A stretch of 64,000 bases of DNA from the human T2T-CHM13v2.0 reference genome, Homo sapiens, in the NCBI GenBank assembly GCA_009914755.4, contig CP068257.2:11840001-11904000 (forward strand). The letters run 5' to 3'. The notes below the pieces were generated by a model. That model ran no database searches and had not been told where the DNA came from. It saw only the letters and a list, made by a program, of their open reading frames with translations. Positions 41,610 to 52,400 of the stretch are shown piece by piece. Position 1 is the first letter of the stretch, and each line of letters starts with the position of its first letter. Both the position numbers and the translations under genes were made by a program.

Positions 41610-42152
41610 ATGTCAGAGGTGTTTGAACCAGAGCAACTCCATCTTAAACAGGAGCTAGGTAAAATAAGGCTGAGATCTACTGGACTGCATTTCTAGAAGG
41701 TTAAGGCATTCTAAGTCACAGGATGAGATAGGAAGTCGGCACAAGATACAAGTCCCTGACGAAACAGGTTGCAGCAAAGAAGTCAGCCAAAACCCACCAA
41801 AATCAAGATGGTGACAAGAGTGACCTCTGGTTGTCCTCACTACTACACTTCTGCCAGCGCCATGACACTTTACAAATGCCATGGCAACATCAGGAGGTTA
41901 CCTTTTATGGTCTAAAAAGGGGAGGCATGAATAATCCACTCCTTGTTTAGCATATACTCAAGAAATAACCATAAAAAATGGGCAACCAGCATCCGTAGGG
42001 ATGACTCTGTCTATGGAGTAGCCATTCTTTTATTCCTCTACTTTATTAATAAACTTGCTTTCTCTTTACTCTGTGTACTCACTCTGAATTCTCTCTTGCA
42101 TGAGATCCAAGAACCCTCTCTTGGAGTCTGGATCCAGACACCTTTCCTGTAA
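41610..42152 (+). mobile_element. Solo LTR of a class I (gamma-like) endogenous retrovirus, plus orientation
   Basis: Begins TGTCAGAGG and ends ...TTATTAATAAACTTGCTTTCTCTTTACTCTGTGTACTCACTCTGAATTCTCTCTTGCATGAGATCCAAGAACCCTCTCTTGGAGTCTGGATCCAGACACCTTTCCTGTAA. Confidence 0.6.
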
Positions 42153-42462
42153 TGACCATGTATGAATTGAAAAAATGATTAGACAGAGTGAAAAACAGAT
42201 TAAAAAATTAGTTCTTAGTGTATGATTTCAATTTTCTAAAACTCTACAAAATTCAAACTAATCTAAAGTGACAAAAAGTAGGCCAGTGGTTCTCTGGGGG
42301 GAGGAGAGTGGACAGGATCTCCATAGTATTACAAGGGATCCCTTGGGAGTGATTTGTATGTTATAGGTAGTGATGTTTTCTTGTTAGTTTAGCACTTACT
42401 TATTGTTTGTTTGCTTGTTTACTTGCTTTCTGTGTCCCCTACTATAATTGATTATCTGTAGC

Positions 42463-42677
42463 CAGGGTTGGCAAATTATGGCTCCATGGGCCAAATCTCA
42501 CTCATAGTCTGTTTATGTATGGCCCACAAGCTAAGAAGTGTTTTTATATTTTTGAAGGGATGTAAAAAAGAAAAAAATGCAACAGTAAGGAACAATATGC
42601 AACAGAGACTATATGCACCTCATAAAGTCTAAATATTTAATATCTGGCCTGTTACAGAAGAAATTTGCCAATCTCTG
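42463..42677. mobile_element. Short non-autonomous DNA-transposon-like element (MER-type MITE) with ~14-bp terminal inverted repeats CAGGGTTGGCAAAT...AAATTTGCCAATCTCTG
   Basis: The TIRs were read directly. The internal sequence GGCCCACAAGCTAAGAAGTGTTTTTATATTTTTGAAGG...CTGGCCTGTTACAGAAGAAATTTGCCAA belongs to a very common mammalian repeat family. The exact family name is not recalled with certainty. Confidence 0.55.
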
Positions 42678-42774
42678 CTCTATATGATCAATTATCTCCT
42701 ATTCTATTCACATATACGTGGTAGCCAGTATATTACAAAATAGCTAGAAGAGAGTGTTGGAAATAAATTTTTGG

Positions 42775-45700
42775 TGCCGCAAAAGAAATAGCACTCGAAC
42801 ATGAATTTTCTCAGCAAGGCAGTTTTACTTCTATAGAAGCGTGTGTCTCATGGATGGAGCAACGGTGAGAGCACACCCGAACAAGGGAGGGGAAGGGGTT
42901 CTTATCCCTCACCACCCCTACTGCTGTGTCATTCCCCTATTGGCTAGGGTCAGACCGCACATCTAAGCTAATTCAGATTGGCTATTTTAAAGAGAACAGA
43001 GGTACGAGCCAGAGTGGCAGGATGAGTAGTTTGGTGGGAAGGACAGTTACAGAAAAGGTGACTCAGGATGACTAAGAACAGAGCAGGTGACCAAGGATGA
43101 CCAAGATCAGAGCAGGTGAACAAGAGTGACTAAGATCAGAGCAGGTGATAGAGGGTAGGAGGAGGTTGTTTACTGAAACTAGGGGCAAGGAGACATAAAG
43201 AACAAGGAAATTCAACTTTAAAATGAAGAGCAAAGAACGGGGAGCCGAACATACTGATACATTGGTTCTTTGGAGAGGATCTCAGAACTCATTGTATTTA
43301 ACAATTTACAGGCTAAAACTTTTGAGGAGGAATTTATGATATCCTACAATTTTCTCCCTTTCAATTTTCATAGTATTTCCTCTTCAAACTTTTTTTAACA
43401 TATCTTGGCTTTGCTGCTCAACTTAATCCTCTAAAAGAAAAAGCTGATCTGAATAAGGTGAAGGAGAGCTAAGGGAGGTTTTAGTAAACGCTGCATCTGT
43501 AAGTCTTTGCACTAGCCCATAGATGCATGGTATGACACAACACTGGACAAGAATGAGTACACCTACTACAGCTGCAAGAGAAATAAGAATTGAGGCTATG
43601 ATTCCTTTCCATTTAATGAGCCGTTTTTCTAGCCACCCTGTGAAGGGGTCATTCACTCTTGAGTTTTTGGCTAACTCATTGAACAGGGCAGTTAGACCTT
43701 GCAATGCCTTTGTTGTACTTCCATCAGGGGGCGGTGTTGTTTGGGATGAAGGTACAACATTGAGTTTTAATCATGATGCAGACTCCTCCTCTTTCTGCTA
43801 ATATTATGTCTAAGGCTATTCTATTTCCCCAAGCCATCTGGCTAGTAGGCCCTAATTGCTCAGCTATTCCTTTAACAGCATCTCTAGTGTAGTTAATAAA
43901 CCGCTGTTGGTTGTAATAAATGCAATTTATCCAATCTATGTTTTTATTCATTGTCACCCACCAAAATATTGACTCAAATCCTGCAGCTATTTGATCTCTG
44001 GCTTTAAATTTATCTGGTAATCCTCATGGGACCCCAATTACATCTAAATAAATGCGAGAGTCAGAAGACACATAAAGGGCTTCCCTTGTTTTATGATGTT
44101 GTATTTTTCCTCTCTCTGGTTGGTGAAATGCCAGGGTGAAAGGGATAGCCTACTGGACTAGAGTACAAGTGCCACTCCAGTTACTTGGCAGAGAGTCCAG
44201 TAAAGGTCCACCACAATACCACCATACATCTGCTCAGGGATGAACAAGGGCTGACTGATTGGTAAGCTCTTGGAAAGTCTTAAGCTCATTGCATCCTTTC
44301 AGGTCTCCAAGAAACACCAAGTTTCCTCCCTGTCATGAGAGACAATAAGTGAAATTAATGTGGGGAGATGGAAGCTGGATGGCCTTCAGGGGCTGACCTG
44401 CAGAGTGTTGAACTTCGGGATATAGCAGAGAGAGAACTTGACATGACTTGTTACCCCAGGCTGTGTAATCCTGGAAAAGAGCTACCATGCAGCCCATGCC
44501 TGGTCGACTGGAGGACCACCCTAGTGGAAAGGGGTCAATCTGGGCCTCTGGCCTGCCATGCACTCAAGCATAACAATTGCTTTTGTTTCACCTGCAGACG
44601 GAATATTTGATCCATTCCAACCAGGCATTTGCATCTTGATATCCTGTCTCTATTGCTAAAGTTTGTTTTAAATCATTTACTTCTACAGCGTCTACTTTGG
44701 TCCTATCATTAGATGGAGGAGTAACAACTGTTTCATTGTGAGAGGTTTTGGAAGAAGGCTTAGGGGAAGGTGTAGGTGGTGGGGGATCAATGAAACATAT
44801 TTCAAAGTATCTGATAGGGTCTGTTCCTGAAACCTCATCTCCCATACCATAAAAACCAGCTTAAAGAAGGGAACCAGCTTAGAGAAGGGGAAGATCTTTG
44901 AGGGTTTGGGGTAATAACCTGTATTGGATTGCACTGGTTTAGCTGACAGCTAGGTGAAGCTGTTCCTTTAGTAAAATGAATGTATGGCTTTAGGAAATTA
45001 CAACTACTGGTTGAGGCAGTCCATCCTTGCTCTTTAGTGGTCCACAGAACGTTGGACCAACTGCAGCATAAAAGCTCTATGGGGGGCAAGACTCCCAGCT
45101 GATGCCAGGGTCCTCATTGAAATCTTCCCAGACTAAATGATCCCAATTCAATAATGTCCAGTCTGAGAAGAGCCAGGAAGGACAGAGGTACTTTTCTGAA
45201 GTGGAGAGCTGTCTTTGACTTAAAAAGTCTCCATAGGATGTAACAAGGCAAGCATCAAATTTAATAGTTTGAGGTGAAATTGACTTGGTTACATTAATAA
45301 CTAGGTGGTCAGCAATAGAGTGAGGAAAGAAGGAGTAACAGAATAGATGAAAGGAAGTTAAATTTTTCTTAGCTTTAGTTTGGTAGGGTTTTCCCCTGGG
45401 ACTATGGCCCATGACTCTGGAGGGGGTGGCGCTTTCTTGACTCAGGTGTAACGGGTCCATCCTTTTTCTGCTATTCGGACTGCGGTTTCAGTAGTTAGGA
45501 GCATTAGGTAAGGTCCTTCCCAGGCCAGTTCCAGCTTTTCCTTCTCTCCAAATTTTGATGGGGACGTGGTCCCCAGGCTGATGTTGGTGTACTGGGAACT
45601 CTAGAGGTGGCACCTGTGCTAAAAGACCTTTAGTTCTGAGGGAAGATAAAATGGAAGATAAACCAAGTATATAATTTCTGAGAAACTGATCTTTTGTTTC

Positions 45701-46400
45701 AAATGTAGGAAGATCAGTAGTAGAATGTAGATAAGGTGATCCATAAAGCATCTCTTAAGGGGATAGGCCTGTGTCTTTTGGGGGAGCAGTTCAGACTCTT
45801 AACAGGGTAATAGGCCTTTCTACTTTCCCTAATGAAGATGAGTGCCAGGGAGTATGATAATCCCATGCTACATCCAGTACCTGGGATAATTTCTTAATGA
45901 CATGTGCCGTGAAATGAGTCCTATTATCTGAATTAATGTTTTCTATTAATCTAAACCTGGGTATAATATTTTCAACTAATGCCTTGACTACATTATTAGC
46001 AGTTGTACTTGAAAAGGGAATAGCTTCTACCCAATGAGTAAGGTGATCTACTATTACTAATAAATATTTCAGACGACCAATTGGAGGCATCTGTGTGTAA
46101 TCAATCTGGATACTTTGGAATGGCCTTAAGCCTGGACTCCTTCCCCCAAAGGGTAATCTTTTACTAAGCAACTATCTGTAACCTGTTTGGCCAGGGTATA
46201 AATTCCTATGCACCCATAAACTCTGAGGACTGCATCACACATGGCTTGGGACCCACAATCGGTCCCTTGATGCAGTTGGAACAAGAACTCCCTTATAAGG
46301 GGCTTGGATAACATTTCTCTCTGGTCTAGCAATATCCATTTTCCTTCTAAATTCTCTTTAGCACCTATTTTTATTAGTTTTTAGACCAAAGAAAGCCAAA
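42775..46400 (-). mobile_element. Class I (gamma-type) endogenous retrovirus provirus fragment in antisense: 3' LTR (~42775-43400, with 27-bp tandem repeats at 43058-43150), envelope (43400-44900) and the integrase end of pol (44900-46400). It is 5'-truncated
   Basis: Minus-strand ORFs carry retroviral domains: the integrase catalytic core (45791-46171: ...QIDYTQMPPIGRLKYLLVIVDHLTHWVEAIPFSSTTANNVVKAL...SDNRTHFTA...WDYHTPWHSSSLGKVER), the integrase C-terminus (45488-45751), and the envelope transmembrane subunit with the immunosuppressive-domain/CX6CC motif (43724-43957: ...NRIALDIILAERGGVCIMIKTQCCTFIP) plus its membrane anchor (43423-43704: ...IASILISLAAVVGVLILVQCCVIPC...). Confidence 0.85.
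43423..43957 (-). pseudogene. Retroviral envelope transmembrane-subunit remnant (ISD, CX6CC, membrane-spanning helix, cytoplasmic tail), split over two ORFs by a frame disruption
   Basis: See the translations above. Syncytin-like TM architecture is retained, but the reading frame is broken between 43704 and 43724. Confidence 0.75.
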
Positions 46401-48518
46401 CACCATTTTATATTTGACAATGCTTCCTGTATGATTTTATACCAGATAAGCTAAATTTCACCTTTATATTAGTGTGCCATTAATGTTAAACTCAATTTTA
46501 ATAAAACCTTGTAGGCATATTTATCCAATTTTAATGTCTGACCATAAGGTAAGATTTTTATAGACTCTTTTTAAGCCTTTATAATTTTTGTTAAAGAACA
46601 GGTTAGTGCTTTAAGAAAAACCCGTCGTGCTTTTATTTTAATGTCCAGTTTACAGAAAAACTGTACCAGTCAGCCTGAGCTCCTGTTATCTGAGTAACTT
46701 TGCAAGGAACTTGGGTACCCTCTTTAGTGAAAAACATAATATTCGGAGACATTTTTGCATACTAGGAATAGGAAAAAGTGTGTGAGAGGATAAGCAGAGA
46801 ATCATATTTTCTGGACAAGGCACACTGTACTCCAACTATAATACACAGTAAACGTACTACTGTAAGCAGTAATACATTTAAAAAGTGTGCCATCTGGGTC
46901 AAAGAAATCAAAAAAACAAAACACCACAAAACCTGCGTAGGAAATCCATTCTGCTATTTTCTAGCTTTATAATATTGCACCGTATTCTTAATGCTTCTTT
47001 ATCTTATTTTTATCATATGTAAAATGAAAGGAATGAATATATCCTAGAGATATTTTAAAGCTTAAAAAGATGTAAAACTATTACTACATTTCTTGTTGTT
47101 CAATGTCAACTCAGTTGTAATTAGTACTAGTACCACAAAATATCATTTGTTTTATGCATAAAATTAGAATATGCAAAAATATTGTAAAATTTTGGAAGTG
47201 TTGTATTATTGTAAAATGTTTTACTACGTTTTTATACTTACTTTTTTTACTTATACTTTTTTGTATTTAATTTTTTTCTTAAATGCTAATGCACATTTGT
47301 TTTCTTTTTATTTTGTTATTTCTTAAATAACTCGGAATGCTTTGGCTCAGAAACATGTTTTTCCCTTCACTAATAGGAATTATTGAATCCCTTTAGGAGA
47401 CTCTAAAGACTGAGTCTGGAAAACAATTGGTTAACATTATACCAGACTGTGACTAGAACCCAGTAAAAAAAGATAGGAATAGCCTTGAATGCTATAAAAG
47501 AGGAAAAGCCTAAAATAGCCTGTAGTGGTGAATCCCCAAAAGTCTTGGTCTTGTAAGTGATCAAGGAGGGGTAAATTTATGATGAAATCTAAGGTCTTGA
47601 AATAGGGTTCTGTCATTTTCAGAGCTTACTTGGGCAATTTAAAAATGAAACGTCAACTGAATTAAAAAGTCCACATAGAAAAAATTATAATATCTACCAA
47701 GTACTAATATAAAAATACTCTAAGAAGGTAAGATCATAAAAATCTAGGGGGAAAATATTTTATACTAAGATTCAGACTCCTACTATCATGAAGATAGGTG
47801 GTAGAGAATTATAACTCATCTCTGGTTCCCCAGATTATTTTATCAGTATTAAACAGAAGTTAACATAGGCCAATACATAACACACCAGTAAATAATTTGT
47901 TCAGGTGGTTGTTTTTCATGAACAACATATATTAAGCAGCCACTGTGACGAAGGGTTTGTGAAAGTGTTGAAAGTAAATGCCTTCTGCTGGTTAGTCATG
48001 CCCTTTTACATTTTACTGTATCTTTCACACCATTCATAGATGTGTCTTCATGTGCTGTCAGATATATAGTGCAGTATAAAATGCATTCGTATCTAGATCT
48101 ATCACATGCTGTATATCACGTATCATATACTTATAAATAGATCTGTTATCTCTGTGGCTTGGAGATATGCACCTATCATTACTCCAAAGTTGGTGTGAGT
48201 GGTACTGTTTTCAAAGGGAGAGATAATAGTATATTAACCATTTATTTATAAGGCAATGTCATTTTCTCAATGTCATCAAAGTCTATATCTTAAGTTTTAA
48301 AATAAAGAATACAAAGTAGGAAATTTAAAAAATATACAATGGAGAAAGAATACTTAAAATCACTAAAGTTTATTTCATGAGTTTTTATTATCATTACAGT
48401 TTGCTTCGAATCAATCAACTGACCTTTCCCACAGGCCAAGTTGATTTGCTTTAAGATTACAGTGAATCCACTTGTAAGTGTATGGAGACAGGGCTAAAGT
48501 GGTAACAGTCTCATAAGT

Positions 48519-49494
48519 TTACTTTGTTTCTAGGAAAAGAACGTTTCTTATGACTACAGAAACCTGACCAAGCTTCTGATACCGACTCTTCAGTTTTGAC
48601 ATAGCTGCCTTCACTTCTTTGTTTCTTAGCATGTAGATTACAGGGTTTAAAATAGACGTGAAGATGGTGTAGAATACAGCAAGGACTTTGTCAACTGAGT
48701 AACTGCTGAAGGGCCACACATAGATGAAAATACACGGTCCAAAGAATAAAGTGACCACAGTGATGTGAGCAGTCAATGTGGAGCAGGCCTTCACCATGCT
48801 TACAGAGGAGCTATTCCTAACTGTAACAAGTATTACAGTGTAGGAGACAACCAAGAGGAGAAAGGAACTCAGAGAAAGAAAGCCACTATCTGCAACTATT
48901 AGTAGGCTGACAACATAAGTGTCTATGCAGGCTAACTTGGTCACTAGAGGAAGGTCACAGAAAAAAACTATCTACCTTATTAGGACCACAAAATGGCAGA
49001 TTAACAGTGAATGCCAACTGGCTGGTGGTATGGATGAAGCCCACAAACCAGGAAATGAGGAAGAGCACAACACATACACAGCAGCTCATGATTGTCATGT
49101 AGTGGGGAGGTTTGCATATAGCAACATAACGGTCATAGGCCATGGAAACTAGGAGCACCATTTCACTGCCAGTGAAGAGATGAACAAAGAAAATCTGGGC
49201 CAGGCGGGCATCAAAAGAAATAGTCTTGTGCTCAACCAGAAAGTCTGCAATCATTTTAGGGGTAGCAGAAGAGGCAACACATACGTCTATAAATGACAGG
49301 TTGGCAAGCAGAAAGTACATGGGGGTGTGAAGGCGGGAATCTGAGGTCACAGTGAGGATGATGAGAAAGTTGCCCAACAGAATTGCTAGATAAAGTAGTG
49401 AAAATATAAGAAACAAGAAAGGTTGGAGCTCCCTTGAACTAGACAGTCCCAGCAACACAAATTCTGTCACCCAAGAATGATTTGTCTCATTCAT
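48519..49494 (-). pseudogene. Olfactory receptor, family 4 (OR4K/OR4N/OR4M-like), single coding exon, disrupted by a 1-bp frameshift in an A7/T7 homopolymer (plus strand 48961-48967). The two ORF-track pieces 48955-49494 and 48519-48944 are the two halves
   Basis: The minus-strand translation carries the olfactory-receptor hallmarks: an N-glycosylation site (MNETNHSW), LHTPMYFLLANLSFID, MAYDRYVAICKPPHY, PFCGPN...FFCDLP-KLAC, KACSTLTAH, LFFGPCIFIY, NPVIYMLRNKEV. Removing one T from the T7 run restores the canonical ...DSFFCDLPLVTKLACIDTY... in one frame (~320 aa). Overall similarity to OR4K-type receptors is from memory and was not aligned. Confidence 0.85.
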
Positions 49495-52400
49495 TGAATT
49501 TTGGAAGGGACTTAATTTCAGCTACATGAATAGGAGAGAAACAGAGATCAGTTAATGAAGTGAGCATGGGTTTGGTTTTCTAATTACACTTAAACTTTTC
49601 AGAATTCCAATTCCTATTCCTATGTATGTGTCTGGGTTTTCATGAGTTATTACAAGTTATACAGCTAAGTGTGGAAGATTGGGTTAAAGGGGAGAGTTGT
49701 CAAGGAGATGTTCAACCAACTGGGATATCTAAATACATTAATTTAAGAAATAAAATCGACAATTTAAAAATGAATTTGAGCATCTGAAGTTTTTGTGACA
49801 CTACAGAAATCCCGTCTAAAAGTCTACAGAGACAAAATCTAAACCAATTTTTCTAAAGTAAATGATAGTAAAAATTTTTTGAACATCTGCCACAGAGGAA
49901 GATAATTTCACAAACTTGATGACTAAAAAAGTTAGACACAAAAGAGTATACACTGTATTGGTCTATTTAAATGAAGTTCAAAAATGGCAAAACTAAGGTG
50001 TAGAAAAACCTCATAGCAGTTATCCTTAAGGGACAGGAAGTGGTCATGGGAGGGGTTTCTGAAGTGCTGGTAATATTCTTTCTTGATGTGGTTGATAGTT
50101 ACATGGGAGTGTTTACTTTATGAAAACTTACTGAAATATGAACTTTTGCTTTTTTCTCTTTTGTATACATACGTTGCATAATTATGAAAATTAAAATAGA
50201 AAGAGAGACAGCATTAGATTTGTGTAAGAGAGCTCACAGGAGAAATCATTGCCTTAAGTGATTATATCTTATTTCTTCTCTACAGTTAAACATTATGTAA
50301 ACGAAAGTACAGAACCCTGGCAAAATTGAAAGGCCCCAATATTATTGGAACTCTTTTATGATTCAGCTTTTCATGGAGTTCTACTTTATCATGAAATCTA
50401 GCACACTGGTTCCTTTCAATTAATCCCTGAAGGTATGAAGCGTCTTTAAACTTAGCCATTGGTGTTACTAACCATAGACAGTTTATTGAGCTATGATTGA
50501 TATTTCATTTGATGTGACGTGGCTTAAAAACGTATAAGTTATATTGCTTACTATAAATACTAATATAACTAATAAGTTATATTACTTATTACTAAGGAAA
50601 TCAGACCAGAAAAAAAAGATTTTTCTTTTCTACTCAGTTACTCTATATTCTATGTTATCAGAACTTTCTTCCTTTTATGTTATTTTTATTTGTAGAAGCT
50701 ATTTAGAACTTAGAAAAGTTTTATGGTAAATAAGAAAAAATAAAATGTGAATTTTAAAGGAGCATTACATTATCTGATTTTGAAGAATCTTTCTCTACAT
50801 CTTAATCAGGTCTTGGGAGAGGATGTCTTTTATTTTACTCATTTCTAACCACTTGCAATTTTTGATATTAATGTCTTCTTAGATCATAGCTGCAAATTGC
50901 TAAGTCTCTCTTTGGGTTAGACTGGAGGGTTTATTTATAAGAACAGAACGTGTGATAAATAATTTTAACTCCCAGAAACCAAATTTAGACTCACCTCTGT
51001 ATTTCAAATCTCCAATTCTCCCAAAAAAATACAAATTTTCTCCCTTATTTGCAAATGATGTGTTCCAAGACCTCCAGTGGATGCTTGAAACCACTGATAG
51101 TACTGATTCCTATATAAGCTATATTTTTCCTATACATGCATACCTAAAATAAAGTTTAATTTATAAATTGGGCACAGTGAGAGATGAACAGTAATAACTA
51201 ACAATAAAATAAAAAAGTATAACAAGATACTGAAATAGCATTTATGTGAATGTGTTTCTTTTTTTCCTCTCTCTCGCTCTCAAAATAGGTTAATATTTTT
51301 GGACCACAGTTGACCTGAGGTAACTGAAACTGCTGAAAACAAAACCATGGATAAGGGAGAACTCTTGTATTATCACAGATTATATCAAAACTATGGCTCT
51401 AGGCTTTTTAGAAGAGTTTAACAAGTGGAGCTTGAAGGTAAGGCAGGCTACCGAAAAAAATTATACAAATCTCTCTTTCTTCTCACTTCCCAGAAGTCCT
51501 GACCCTTCAATCCTGTGACGTAAATACTGCATTGAATCCCTAAGGCATGAATAGAAGTAAAATCTAACAAAATCAGTGAATAGGAGTTCATAGGTACTCC
51601 ATCAGAAAGAGCAAAGCAATAAGCACAAGGAACGAGTGTCCTATGGAGACCCTCCAGTGCTGCATTAGAGAGGGGCATCAGGAGGCATTTCTGAGCACAG
51701 AAACTTCCTGGTGTCTTTAGGCTAAGACACATAATCCAACTATGTGAAAGACAGTCATAAGAATCATCCTCCTGATAGCTTTTCTGACTCTTCTGCAGAG
51801 CTGTATTGTTCCATTTTCATTGGCTTCTTCAGGTGCTCAGTAAAGGAAAATACCCTGTTTTTCATGGAGAAAACATTGGGCAAATTGATTCAATCAAGAA
51901 ATTTCTTAGTATATAAGATTAAAGTGGTAGAACACATGAACTCTGAACCTGTTTCTTACCTAAATCCATTCTTTTTTAGTTCACTTACTTTATATAAATT
52001 TAAATGCCTGCTTTTCCCCAGGCACTGTGCTATGCACTGGTGATGAGGCAGTTAGGTTTATAACTTGTCTCCCTAAAAATTATTTGCTAATATTAATAAC
52101 CCTTTCCTTATTTAGACAAGCTGATGAATTCACTTCCCTTTACCCCTAGTACATTCCCTATTAGATAAAATGGACTGTATTTTTGTTCCCAATAAAATCG
52201 CTGTACTGTAGTGAAAACAAAGCTATTATTTTAAAATGTTCTGTGTTGTATCACTGGGTAACTGTGTGATGCTGAGCAGTTCCTTTAGCCATTCAGGGAT
52301 TATTATCATCAAATATTAAATCTTGAGACTATTAACCTCAAAGAGACACTAAAAATATTTCTTAAAAGATTATATAAATGAAAATTCTTTAACCAACTGT

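Noticed and set aside
43058-43150. Short tandem 27-bp repeats as an independent minisatellite
   Set aside because: They lie inside the ERV 3' LTR and are best read as LTR U3 enhancer repeats rather than a separate feature.
48519-49494. Two separate small genes (179 aa and 141 aa) on the minus strand
   Set aside because: They are the N- and C-terminal halves of one olfactory receptor separated by a 1-bp frameshift in a T7 run. The second ORF's start is a GTG inside the receptor, not a real initiation codon.
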